NCBI RefSeq assembly: GCF_037042905.1
Contig: NC_087246.1
Span: 1,180,001-1,244,000, forward strand
Source: Lytechinus pictus
Taxonomy: Eukaryota
Length of the DNA stretch: 64,000 bases
Reading direction: 5' to 3'
The position numbers were made by a program, and so were the translations under genes. The notes under the pieces were generated by a model. The model was not told where the DNA came from. It saw nothing but the letters and a program-made list of their open reading frames with translations, and did not search any database. This document shows, in pieces, positions 1 through 12,533 of this stretch; within the stretch, counting starts at the first letter, position 1; the number at the start of each line of letters is the position of its first letter.

Positions 1-2
1 GT

Positions 3-497
3 GGTCTGAACCGTCATCTCAGGACACACACAGGAGAAAAGCCATTTAAATGTACATTATGTGAAAAAAGTTTTCCTTCTAAAGACAAACTGAACCGTCA
101 TATCAGGATACACACTGGAGAAAAATCGTACAAATGTTTGTTATGTGAGATAAGATTTTCTCAAAAATCCTCCCTGTACAGGCATCTCAGAACCCATACA
201 GGAGAAAAGCCATACAAATGTGCATTATGTGAGAAAAAATTTAATCATAAGAGTATGCTGACCCATCATCTCGGGAGGCACATGGGAGAAAAGCCGTATG
301 AATGTACATTATGTGAGAAAAGATTTTCTGAAAAATACACTCTTAACAATCATCTCAGAACCCATACAGAAGAAAAGCCATTCAAATGTTCATTATGTGA
401 GAAAAGATATTCTCAAAAGAGTGATCTGAACAAACATATCAGGGGACACATACCAGAGAAAAGCTGTACAAATGTTCATTATTTAAGAAAACGTTAA
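3..497 (+). CDS. C2H2 (Kruppel-type) zinc-finger protein, 3' part; CDS begins upstream of the window
   Basis: Frame is open from position 3 (GLNRHLRTHTGEKPFKCTLCEKSF...) to TAA at 495-497, with tandem C-x2-C-x12-H-x3-H fingers and TGEKP-type linkers. The ORF-track start at 138 is an internal TTG. Confidence 0.92.
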   Translation, partial: GLNRHLRTHTGEKPFKCTLCEKSFPSKDKLNRHIRIHTGEKSYKCLLCEIRFSQKSSLYRHLRTHTGEKPYKCALCEKKFNHKSMLTHHLGRHMGEKPYECTLCEKRFSEKYTLNNHLRTHTEEKPFKCSLCEKRYSQKSDLNKHIRGHIPEKSCTNVHYLRKR

Positions 498-660
498 GCC
501 GAAGGTACAATCTGACCTGTCGTGTCCGAACACACACAGGAGAAACGCCATAGAAATGTTTATTATGTGAGAAAATATTAATTTTCGTAAGAGAATGATC
601 TGATATGTCATCTCAATACATACATTGGATATAAGCCATATAAATGTTTCTCATGCAGTG
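460..660 (+). pseudogene. Decayed zinc-finger units overlapping and downstream of the stop
   Basis: A shifted frame reads EKLYKCSLFKKTLSRRYNLTCRVRTHTGETP*KCLLCEK..., i.e. finger remnants with lost ligands, a stop and indels. Confidence 0.8.
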
Positions 661-1195
661 AGTAGGCAGGTCCTTAAAAAGTGGCTTCTTTCTTCCAAGT
701 GATATTCATGACTAGAAAGGTTTATTTTTACCTGACAGTTGTTTTAACACTTTATTTTAGTTTCAACCCAGTTGATTTTTAAATCATAATGAAGCTGAAG
801 ATTAATGCTTCAAAGCCTATCTTTAGTTTTGGTAAATCTTCCCCAAAGTGCATTTTGCTAATATTGTAATTCATTACTAAATTATATCAATGCATGCCCA
901 AGACATTTGATTTAGTAGATAATTTTTCAGATTTTACTTCAAAATTTCATTTTATCAGGTTCCCGATCAAGATTATATATCTGTGTAGATATATAACACG
1001 CATGGAATGAGCTGAAAATGATTGAAAAATATACAACTTAAAATACAAAAGACCCGAATAGCAGAATGCTCTCTGTAATCGTAGTTTTCCCCGAGGTATT
1101 GTAGTCTTTTCAGCTATTGGGTAATTGATCAATACACAGTGTGTGTCTTCTTGGCATGATCTGACCAATGCATTCATGTTTTTTATGCACACCAG

Positions 1196-1342
1196 AGGAC
1201 CGTTTCATAAAGCTGTTCGTAAATTAAGAGCGACTTTAAAGAACGACTGGTGAACCTTTCTTACGCGCATAACCAAATCGCCTATGAATATACCATTTAC
1301 CTAAAGAAAGGATCACCAGTCATTCTTAATGAAACACCCACC
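1196..1342. mobile_element. Short MITE, internally deleted copy of the family at 60079-60253
   Basis: Shares gtttcataaagctgtt...gagcgactttaa...gaacgactggtgaacctttctt...aagaaaggatcaccagtc with the 60.1-kb copy. Confidence 0.7.
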
Positions 1343-3230
1343 TGGTTTCTATTTCATACTTGTTCCATTACATTTTATTTGCTATTTTGTCTATTTTGTA
1401 CTTGTCCCAATACTGTTTATTTGTCTTGAGCTCTCTACAGACTAGATTTTGTGCTTTACAAGTCACGTTGCTGTTTAATTATTCAATTTTTACTTTGTTG
1501 ATGCTTGTTTTAAGATTCTTTTCATTCATAATTACCGTATCCCTTGCTTTAATTTGCATAAATCAGTTTATTTGATAAAATGGTGATATGGATCAGTCAT
1601 AGCTAATAGGCAAATTTGCTAATGACTTGTTGTATATTGACTTGCATGACTTCAACGAATGAATGCAGATATCAATGTCATAATCCTACAAGGGTTGCAT
1701 TGAAATCTGTTTCAAAACACCTTTTCAATAACTTACATTATAATTGTTTAATTAACACTTGTCAGTATTAATTTTTTAAGTTAACTTCATGGGAAAGAGG
1801 TTTGCAAATATGTTTACTTACTCATGTAGGATTATGACATTGGCATCTGGATTCATTCATAGAATTGGAGTCAGTTCCATAATTCTTGGCACAACTCAAA
1901 ATTTACATCACTGCAAAAAATACCTACTGATTATCCAAGCGTGAAGATGTACCACATAAATATGGTATCACATTATTTGGGAGAAGTTACTCTTACCAGC
2001 CATATATAATGATTATGCGTTAATGACACATATGTTCTTTAAATTGGGGATTTGTGAGGTGTCAAGTATTTTTTTTACTCTCATGGTATAACCGTTGCAT
2101 TTAAGAAATGCACAAAATGGCATATACAGTAACTGTAGTCTTTGGAGTCAGCTTGAGTTTACAATATTGATATTACATGTAGATGTTAGAATGTGTATTA
2201 TTAAAATAAGTACTGATAGACATGATGATAATGTTGATGATGTAACAATAATAATAATAATTATAACAGTTAAACTATACCTATGGAACATCAGAAAAAC
2301 TTTTGAGGAACATTATGAAAATGTGTTTACTGGGTAAATGTCTTTGGTCATATGGAATTTTAAATTTACTTCTTGGTTGATCAATGAATAAAGTTGTCAC
2401 GTCACATTCTGACTAAATAGAATTGTAAATTAACTTGTCATTGATTGGTAAAGAAATGACATCATATAATCTGGTCATATGATTTCAAATATATTCTTTA
2501 TTGATGTATATGTAGGTCAATAAAATGCGTCGTATTCATGTCATAATCTTGTCATATAAGCACCTGCATATAAGAACGCAAAATAAACTTGTTGAAAGTG
2601 GTCAAAATCACCAATATTACTATTTTTATGACCAATTCATGACATTGCTACGACCATGTTTTGACGAAATATCATTGCGCGGACGCTTAATTTTGGGCTA
2701 ATGACCGACCATGGAGGTATAAAAAAGGGGAAGGAGTACCATAGCCATGTTTGATGCCGCAGGGATAACATATGTCGGGCATGTGTTTCATAGACAATAT
2801 ATTCATTAGAAACGCACTAGTATATATTGAAAATAATGATATAAGTTTGAATATTTTACCTACATGTAGGCATACTCAACCCTTACTTTTTATCCAAAGG
2901 GAAAGCTATGAAAAGAATGACTGTCTCTTCAGTCAGCGGCTGGTCCTCAAAAAGTATGAATTCATATGTATGTATAGTGATATTCATGACTAGAAAGGTT
3001 TTACATATTTAATGAGCTGGGTGCGGACCAGAACACCTCGTTTAATTCGGTAATTTCTGCTCATAATATTTGCTATATTTCATAAATTTGGTATCATTGT
3101 AAAGAAGAGAAATCATTCTTTCAGGTCATGTGTTTGAATTCATTTAAAAAAAAAATGTTATGTAGGTGAATCTTTTGATGTAAAACGTGCTACAAAATCA
3201 TTATTTTCACCTAACAAAAGTTGTAATGTT

Positions 3231-3356
3231 CAGGGGCCGCGGAACAGTTTTCAGAGTGGGGGGGGGGCTGACCATGCAAAAAATCACAATCATATGGTCA
3301 TTTTTACGTTTTTGTACACAGTTTTTGAAAAAAGTGGGGGGCTTCCGCGGCCCCTG
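3231..3356. mobile_element. Small MITE with CAGGGGCCGCGGAA termini
   Basis: caggggccgcggaa ... ttccgcggcccctg inverted termini; atgtt is repeated on both flanks. Confidence 0.7.
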
Positions 3357-3411
3357 ATGTTTACACTTTATTTCTGTTTGAGACCAACTGATTTTTGATC
3401 ATGGTTGTTAA

Positions 3412-4013
3412 AGGACAAGTCCACCCCAACAAAAACTTGATTTGAATAAAAAGAGAATAATTCAACAAGCATAACACTGAAAATTTCATCAAAATCGGAT
3501 GTAAAATAAGAAAGTTATGGCATTTTAAAGTTTCGCTTCATTTCACAAGATAGTTATATGCACATCTCAGTCGGTATGCAAATGAGGAACTGATGACATC
3601 ACTCACTCACTATTTCTTTTGTATTTTATTATCTGAAATATGAAATATTTTTATTTTCTCGTCATTGTCATGTGAAATGAAGTCTCATTCCTCCCTGAAC
3701 ACGTGGAATTCCATTATTTTAACATTTTGTGCTTCAGGCAAGGAGGTCCTAATCGTCAAATTCGTAAAAATTGAAATATTGTATAATTCAAACAATAAAA
3801 AACAAAAGAAATAGTGAGTGAGTGACATCATCAACTCTCTCATTTGGATGTAACTGGCTCGTTCATATAACTATTTTGTTAAAAATAAGCAAAACTTTGA
3901 AATGTCATAACTTTCTTATTTTACATCCGATTTTGATGAAATTTTCAGCATTGTGCTTGTCTGATTTTTCTCTATTGATTCAAATCAACATTTTTCTGAG
4001 GTGGACTTGACCT
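3412..4013. mobile_element. TTAA-flanked MITE family A (Kolobok-like non-autonomous)
   Basis: TTAA|aggacaagtccacc ... ggtggacttgacct|TTAA with long imperfect TIRs. AG..CT termini plus a TTAA target fit the Kolobok superfamily. Confidence 0.8.
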
Positions 4014-5179
4014 TTAAGAAGAGGTGATGGAATTGGGTCAGGATCCACCTATAATAGGCCCAGTACATTTTGTAGCTTGAAAGCAAGAATACTAGTACTG
4101 CATTCTAATTGGTCTAATAAACCACACACCCACCTAAATTCCAACGGTTTCCACTTTTAGTCGATTTGACATTATCAGAACCTAGAAATGTTCTTTCCGA
4201 TGAAGTTTTTTTCTTGATTCATGTTCCTATGGGGTCCTAGAACAAATTCATCTTGGTTGCCCAAAGTTGCCGTTTGGGCAATTTTGCTAATTTGCATAAA
4301 TCCAAAATGGCCGCCACATGCCGTCTTAAAAACCTAAGTTTTGAACCACTTGCCCCAAAATGACGAGGAATAACTCATTTCAGGGGTTTAGGGTTGTGTA
4401 GAATCCATTTCTGTTATTGTTTTTGCAATATAAGGTCATCTTCATGTCAAATCCAAGATGGCCGCCATCAGATGCCAACTTGAAAAAATAAATTTGAACC
4501 CTTTGCCCCAGAATTATGAGTAATACCTTTGTTTCGGGGTTTGGGGTGTGTAGAATCTATTTCTGCTATCTATTTTGCAATATAATGTCATCTTTAGGTC
4601 AAATCCAAGATGGTCGCCAGGTGACGCCATCTTGAAATATTAACTTTTGAACCCTTTGCCCCAGAATCATGAATGATAATTCTATTCGTGAGTCATTTGG
4701 TATGTTGATTCAATGCATGCTGTGATTTTGCATAAAGGAAAATCTTCAGATCAAATCCAAGATGGCCACCAAACGCCATCTTGAAAAGATACATTCCGAG
4801 GCTTATACGTGTAAGAGCTAATGTAAAGGGATTTCAGTAAGAATACTCATTTGTTTTGTTAATTCTCAAGTTTTAGGCCAAGGGGGAGTCACATCTGAGA
4901 TGTCAGATTTCGGCATTAACTGCTCACCTTAGAATGAACCCTCTTTAGGTTTGGGCTATGATCCATTTCGCGTGTATTTTTAGTTGTTTTAATGTCCATT
5001 CATACTTTTGAACTGAAGAGGCTTTTAGAGTCTTATTTGAATTTGAAGTGTTTTCTCCATATTTTTCCGAAATCAATGTGTCAGGCATCAGTTCGTCTTA
5101 AAAGACGATGGTGTATTGCTAGGTCTTACATTTTAAGTGGCAGTCTCTAGAGCAAATTTGTGCAGATGAAGGAGAATGA

Positions 5180-6550
5180 CGCTGAGACAGGTTTAGATAG
5201 AGATGCTGTCCTAGCCTTCCTCCTAGTCTTTTGGTCTGTCAATTTAGCATTCCGATTATTTTTTGACGTCTTGACCCCTGTATTTAGTAGCTCTTCATAG
5301 AATGGCGACTATCATCTACATCTTCATAAGTGTTAGTGTCTATGCCGGAAGTTTTATGTCACGTTTGCAGTTGACTAGGATGAGACCAATCACACAGCTC
5401 ACATTACCTTGGCGAATCGCTTCTGGGATTCGCCAAGGTTTCATGCGGCGAACATGCCCCAACCACTTGAGGCGCATTTATGTTTCTGTTCTGTTTCTGT
5501 TTGTGGTAACTCCCGTAGGAACTCGGCAGGACAGCATTTTTTGCTGGTAAACGCCAAGCTGGTATATAACCAATTACCTTGGAAACATTTTACGTCTAGG
5601 TTAATCAGTCATAGTGGCTGACGTAATAGACGACAGATATCACTCTTGGGCCTTTTTATCAAAGTGGAGACAATGGCAGAGTTGGGATTCGAACTCACAA
5701 CCTTGCTATTATGAGTCCAATGCTCTAACCACTGGACCACACGACCCGTTGACTAGAGAGCGAGAATAAACTGAGGATGCCAGCACGTACGCTGAAGGGC
5801 CTCTGTATTTTTTTACTTGGTCCTGCCATTCAATGTGCATGATACGTCCGAGGCAGCTAACATGAAAGGTGTTTTGCCGCTTTTCTTGGTCGGCGTACGT
5901 TTTCCAGGACTTACTTCCGTACAATAACTTTGCCATGCCTGTGGCAGATTTTCCTATTCTGGTGCTTACCTCATTGTCCAGGGAAAAGAAGCTAGAGACA
6001 GATAGTCGATCCAATTAGGTAGGTGAAGAGTCCTCCACAACCAGACGAGTGCATGCTGTTGATAGAGATATCTGGAGGACAGTCCGTGTCTTGAGTCGAT
6101 CAGGATTTCTGTCTCACAGGCTGATGGGTGATCCAAACTTTTTTATATGCACAGGACAGGCGGCTGTATGACTATTTCTTGTACCCCCGCTTCTTGAGAG
6201 GCAAGGGCGACATCGTTCCCGTACAACATCTTACGAATGAGAACCATTCTGACCATTGTTTTGGCACGTAGTCGGTCTCTGGTACGAATATAGAAGCCTT
6301 CTGTGCATTCGCCAAATGCATACTGGTGAAGCATGGAGAAGAAGATCCCAAAGAGTGTCAGGGCAAGGCGCAGCCTTGCTTCACGCCACTGCTCACAGGA
6401 ACTGAGGGAAGCTACCAGATGTTCCAGCGGTGTAGCAAACTGTTGTCATGGAATGATACGACCATGGAACAGTCTTGGGGGAGCCAATCTTCTGCAGGAG
6501 GCTAAATAGTGCACTCCTGCTGACCAAGTCAATGGCTCTTGTCAGGACGA
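5180..6550 (-). mobile_element. Degenerate RTE-clade LINE (RT and C-terminal fragments), interrupted by a SINE
   Basis: Minus-strand fragments ..LFSLLQKIGSP.., LYGNDVALAS (decayed YADD), LDNEVSTRIGKSA, TFHVSCLGRIMHIEWQD and RLKWLGHVRRM, with frameshifts. Confidence 0.8.
5483..5747 (-). mobile_element. tRNA-derived SINE
   Basis: Minus-strand head gggtcgtgtggtccagtggttagagc..gttcgaatccc (Pol III A and B boxes), ~200-nt body and (CAGAAA)n-like tail; splits the RTE sequence. Confidence 0.8.
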
Positions 6551-7509
6551 AAAGTCCGATAATTATAAAGGAAGGTAATAAGTTAACTAATTTTCTGTAA
6601 AATCACTTTTTAATTCAAATAACACTTCGAAGTCCTTTCACTAGAAAAGTATAGTTGGACGTAAAAAATGATATGGACTCCCGAAATAGATCATAGCCCG
6701 AACCTTGAATTGTATCAATCTAACATGTCTAAAGTGAGCGGTTAATGACGAAATCTAACAACCTTCTGACCATCTTAGACATGACTTAACCTCGAACTAA
6801 AGATGGAGTGATTAAAAGAAATGAATCATTCTTACTGAAATCCTCTTAAATGGGCTCCTACACATAATAGTTGGGACCTTTCGCAATCCTCACGGACGCT
6901 AATATTAGGGTCCCCTAACACAAAAGTTAACGCTTAATCATACACTTGATTTTTAAGATTGAATGTGCATTATAGTCAATAGAATCAAACGTAGAAAACT
7001 GCTCTACAATCAATGCTAAACTTTGTGTTACAGGGGGGTTACAGGCCCTACAGATCTGCTTTTCGTGTGCAAAATCCTTTTCTGCGACACTCGCACCATA
7101 CATAGCATGTATATTACGACTGATGGTTTGAGATATTCGAAATGAAGACCTAAAATAGATTATGACATGGATAAGAAAGTGGTTTTTCAAACAAATCGAG
7201 TACATATTGAGTGAGGAAAAACTTACTGAATGAAGGCTTAGATATAGATCATTACAGTCCATCGAATCGATATTACATTTAATGTGGATTATTGGTGTAT
7301 CACTGGCAATTGATTTCATGGGTCAGATCAACCTCTCCAGCCGAACATTTCGCGTGAGTTGATATGTGCACACCATTATGTAATACATTTGAACTCGTTT
7401 CTTTTTGTTTCTTTTGTTTATTCCTTCTACACAAACGATATGCCTCTCGCACACGATGTAATGGGCATTATGTTTTACTTCCCCCAGAAATGGGGATTAG
7501 ATTCAAATT

Positions 7510-7809
7510 CCGGGGGGACCACTTCCATTAATGAGTGGATACCAGGCACGACCATGGGGTTTCGAAAAATACCCTAAACAAGCTGGGAAGTAATTCTTTT
7601 CCAGATTATGAAAATGCATCTCTTAACAAGAATTTGGCTTGTGAAACCCTACAAGTATTGGATATCCCTTTTTTGTCAGCATTTTAAACATCGTTTTGAC
7701 ACCCTTATAACGTTACATAGGCCTATACGTAACGTACCTGCCCACTCTGTCCCCTTTTACGCGTGGTCGCTCCTGGGATCCACTAATCAATGGAAGTGGG
7801 CCCCCCGGG
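7510..7809. mobile_element. MITE with CCGGGGGG/CCCCCCGG termini
   Basis: ccggggggaccacttccatt ... aatggaagtgggccccccgg; internal ccctaaacaag motif shared with a related copy at ~33169-33396. Confidence 0.65.
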
Positions 7810-9284
7810 CGGCCTCTCGAGCTCTAGGAGGAGTCAAATGTGGCTTTGGAAAGTCGTCCTCAATGAGATATAGCGCTGTTACCATAGTAGCAACCAAAAT
7901 TTTGCACACGAAACGCATATTGAATTAATGTTTCCGTCGCAGATGCGAAACGAAAAAAAAATCTCATGTCACACAATTTGCATTGCAGGACGACCATGAT
8001 GACGGGCCCAAAAAGTCTCTTCCAAAATCAACTAACGTCGTAAATAAGCGTGCGCGTCCTCAAACGAAAGGTCCGGAGTAACCTTTTCAGGAAAGCGTGT
8101 ACGCTTTTAGGAAGAGTACTTACGGTTCAATAGTCTCGGGAAGTATTTTTTTATATATGGCGTTTAGCGTTTGAACATGTTGGATTTGATCTGAAGATGA
8201 GCCAATATTGCAAAATTATTAACAGGAATGGAATCAACATACCAAATAACTCACGAAAAGAGGTATTATTCATGATTCTGGGACAAACGAATCATAAGTT
8301 AATTTTTCAAAATCCATCATCTGGCGGCCATCTTGGATTTGACCTGAAGATGACATTTTATTGCAAAATAGATAGCAGAAAGAGATTCTACACATCCCAA
8401 AACCCATAAACAGAGGTATTACTCGTCATTCTGGGGCAAGAGGATCAAAAGTCAATTTTTCAAGATGGCATCTGGCGGCCATCTTGGATTTGACCTGAAG
8501 ATGACCTTATATTGCAAAAATGATGATAGAAATCGGTTGTACACACCCCTAACCCCCTAAAAAGAGTCATTACTCATAATTTTGGGCCGAGTGGTTCAAA
8601 AGTTAGGTTTTCAAGATGGCTTCTGGCGGCCATTTTGGATATATGCAAATTAGCAAAATTGCCCAAACGGCAACTTTGGGCAACCAATCTGAATTTGTTC
8701 TAGGACCCCATAGGAACACGAATCAAGAAAAAAACTTCATCGGAAAGAACATTTCTAGGTTGGTGTATTGAGCCTATGGGACTGTCAAATCGACTACAAT
8801 CAGAATTCTGGATTTCATGCTACTCTGAAATTTGGTCTTGTATCTTGATGGGATTAGCTGGATCCTGACCCATTTCCAAGGTGCCACCTATCAAGAGTGA
8901 CACTGTGAAAAAGTACAGAGAATAAATGGGTTGTGCGATGATATATTAGTTAGGCTAAAAATAAAAAGTTTTGCACAATTTGCAAGAGAAAATTAACAGA
9001 GGATGAAAAATCTGTTTTGAGACGTCTCTTCAGGCCTAAAATTCACTTATTCATCAAGATGTATAAATGACCATTATAAAAGAGTAACATTTACTTTTTC
9101 CTATGGTGCAATAATATTAAATTTTACTTAATATTAAGTAAAATGGTAAAATTCTTTGAGAAATAAGGTTTCACAATTCACGAGATTTTGCAGGGAGGTG
9201 AATTCAGCCACAAGAGGAATAGAAGCTTGCTTATTTGCTCATTATCATAGGCCCTGCAGTCTGGCTGTCTTCTGATTACTATAC

Positions 9285-9863
9285 AGTCCACATCAGAAAA
9301 ATGTTGATTTGAATCAATAGAGAAAAATCAGAGAAGCATATAATGCTGAAAATTTTATCAAAATCGGATGTAAAAAAAATATGACATTTTGAAGTCTCGC
9401 TTACTTTTCACAAAATAGTTATATGCACAATTTAGTCACGTGTAATTGAGAAAATGGATGATGTCCCTCACTATTTCTTTAAATTATAAAATATTACATT
9501 TTTGACAGATTTGAAAATAAGGACCAATTTGACTGAATCATAGAATGTTAAACAATGGTAATTCCACATGTTCAGGGAGAAATAAAATTTTGTTTCACAT
9601 GACAATGAGGAGAAAATTAGACTATTTCATATTTCATATAATACAAAAGAAATACTAGTAGTGAGTGAAGGATCATCGGTTCTCTCATTTGCATACCGAC
9701 CAGGATGTGCATATCACGGTTTCGAGAAATTAAGCGAAACTTTAAAATATTATAACTTTTTTATTTTACATCCAATTAAATAAAAAAAATTGTTTTATGC
9801 TTATTGGATTTTTTTCTCTTTTTATTCAAATCAACTTGTTGTTGGGATGGAATTGTTCTTTAA
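9285..9863. mobile_element. MITE family A copy, reverse orientation, degraded left end
   Basis: Aligns to the reverse complement of 3412-4013 and to 62148-62712; ends ggaattgttctTTAA. Confidence 0.75.
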
Positions 9864-10534
9864 CGCATTTCTGAATGAAGTCCTGCGTATGACACGCATG
9901 GAACATTTCACATTTACGTTTTCATCTGCGCATCAGCTTTTGAATGGCAACAGCCTCTTATTCCTCGAGATAATTATTTGTGAAATTCATCAATTTATAC
10001 TGTGTTTTCCGGAATCAAGGGCGTAGGCTGGTTTGAGCATAGAGCTATTTATAGCTCTATGGTTTGAGCATGGGAAGGTGCACATCCAGGGGAGATAGTA
10101 ATAAAGTGGTATAGGGCATGGGTGTCGATCCCGGGGAGGATGGGGGATGTATCCCGGTCCTGTATCCCCACACCAAAGTAAAAATGTCAGGTGGGGGGAT
10201 GGCCTGTACAATCATCCCCCAATAGGGCATGAACAAAAAACAGTATGTCTACAGTATTAAAATACATAGATTCAATAAAAATTGACAACACAGAAATACA
10301 AAACAAAAAAAATTCGTTCCCCAATTCAGTTAATCCTCAGTTGTTTTTTCTTCTGAAGTTGACAAGTCTGTTTTGAAAAAAGTTAACGCACTCATCTCTA
10401 AGTGATAAGTGAACTTGTCAGGGTAATTTCATGATCCATGAATAAATGCATTTTTTAGGCCCTCTCTCATTTCGATGGTGCATAAAAGCAAAATTAATTT
10501 AACAACAAATGCAGTTATATGTTCTTATTAATTC

Positions 10535-11785
10535 ATAGGTGGATCGAGGGACACACCCCTCCCCCCCCCCCCCCCCCCCCCCCCCCATTGGCGGAGCAAA
10601 AAAAATGGGAGGGAAGGAAAGAAAAAAAGGAGAAAAGAAAAGGAAAATAAGAGAAGGAAGACGAGTGAATAGAATAAGATGAGGGGAAGACTTGGAAAAT
10701 TAAACAAAAACTTTCATGTCACTATGATATGAAATTGTATATGAGATATGAAATTTTGAAGCGCTTGCATTGCATGTTCGATGATACATATCTTGCTATA
10801 GAGCTTGATATAGAGTTTAAAATATCAAGTTTTGAAGTCAATATGCAAAACATATTTCAGCTTCAGAAGGCATCGAGCTTTCAATATTTTGTTTGATTTA
10901 CAAATTAATCGTTAAAAGATTGCTTTGTAAAATGTCAATTTTATGGTCTGAATATTAACATTTTCAGCTCGCATTATTTGAGTTATCAAGTTCCTATCCT
11001 CTACGTGTATTTCATAAAGTTCTAAAAATATATATCCCTTGTCAGGTCTGATTGTTATGTATACCTCTATATTAATTCTATAACATCTTAAGATCCCCCT
11101 TTCACGACAGTTTATCCATGAAAAATTTCGGCTCGTGATTTGCGCTCGCATCAATTTTCAAAAATATATTTACCAATGCATCCTATTCATAATATAAAAA
11201 AAGTGTTTAAATTGTCCAATTTTCAGGCCTTGATATCTTTTATACAAATTTCGCGCTGTCATTAGATTAATGAATAAGATAATAACATTTTTAAGAAAAC
11301 CTATAATAAAATGTCCCTTTTTTCAGAAGAGAATATCGACAAGTTTCATCTCGCGCCTAGGAAGAGGAATAGGCATATAGTCATCATATTCATACATGAT
11401 GACGAATGTTCTTAGCAATTTTCAAAAACAGTGCTTGAAATAGTACTCAATTGACCCCGTTTCAGATCGGAATATCAATTATTTCAGCTCACGCTTCGCG
11501 CTCGCATTATTGACATTATTATTATTTCTTTTTTTTTTGGTCTATGGTCTAAATCTGGAACACGCATGATTATTGAGATATGCAGCTTGTTCTTAATTTA
11601 AAACGTGCTAAAGTCATCCAGTTTCAGATCAGAATATCAACAATTTTCTGCTCGCGCTTTGCGCTCGCATTATATATATAGGAAGATACCAAATTGCCCA
11701 GCAAAGCATGAATAGATTATGCCGTTTTTAGCCCTAAAAGGACTGGGGTATGATGCCCCCCCCCCCCCCCCCCCCCCCCCCCCAG
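10535..11785. repeat. Interspersed repeat with (gctcgcgcttcgcgctcgc) subunits, partial copy
   Basis: Colinear similarity to 19818-21608 (poly-C, attggcggagcaaaaaa, ctttcatgtcactat, cttaggaagaggaatagg). Confidence 0.75.
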
Positions 11786-12533
11786 TGGCGGACCGTGCGC
11801 CGGAGGAAATTGTAGCGTGTGTAAAAAGGTACGAGTGAAGTACTTGTACTACGAATGATCGACAAAAACCACTAGTCCGGGGTTAGCGAGTTTCGTGTGT
11901 GAAAAGCAAGCATTCCTTATCCGGGGTTAGCAATAACAATTTGGCATGTGTAAAAAGGAAAAAAAATAGTACGGGGTTAAGGATAGTACGGGGTTAGCGA
12001 TAGTCCGGGGCTAAGAAAATCCTGTGTAAAAAGGGTATAAAATTACTTAGCACTACTTCAAGAGCCTACCCCCGACTGATAAGTCAGCAAAAGAGCATGA
12101 TTGTCAAAGGTGCTCTTTTATAGGAGCTTTATCTGGAGAGCAACTGATCATAATTATTTGACTCCCCTGCAACTTGCCTTCCTGTTATAGGAGGGCATTC
12201 CTGTACCCGTTCATAGCACAGTGGTTACTCCAAAGGCTTTATAGCAGAACTTGTTTCAAATGGATGCACGTCAGTGCCACCATGTTCTAGGGCTGGCATT
12301 TGCCTCTTTGGTGTATCGCATATTATGTAAAATAATATGGTGCTATTATTTTAAATACAAGGAAGACTAAACATGCAGTTGAGATTGATAAGGTGAAATT
12401 AGTCTAGATGAGGAATCAGAGAACAACATGTAATGGAGTTACGATGATGTCTATTGTTACTTGTCTAAAAATGTGAACTTGTGTTATAGAAGTCATTTTC
12501 TTAGGTGGCTCCAATTAACATGATCGATATTAA

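Larger units (their letters stand above)
4158..8796. mobile_element. Large foldback-like DNA element with ~600-bp inverted arms (TAG..CTA ends, possibly Academ-like) carrying nested insertions
   Basis: tagtcgatttgaca (4158) / tgtcaaatcgacta (8796). Arms 4158-~4790 and ~8180-8796 are reverse complements built of subunits containing tccaagatggccgcc. No clear TSD other than a possible TA. Confidence 0.65.

Noticed and set aside
3412..4013. TTAA-flanked MITEs (families A, B, C) as derivatives of this piggyBac
   Set aside because: Their termini are AGG..CCT, unrelated to CTCTTATCCAAC, and fit Kolobok better.
5670..5747. tRNA gene (minus strand); likewise 16598-16675 on the plus strand
   Set aside because: Pol III box motifs are present, but each continues into a SINE body and simple-repeat tail and sits inside a LINE.
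10561..10587. Long poly-C/poly-G runs as G-quadruplex regulatory elements
   Set aside because: They recur at fixed positions in repeat families, and homopolymer length is unreliable in assemblies.
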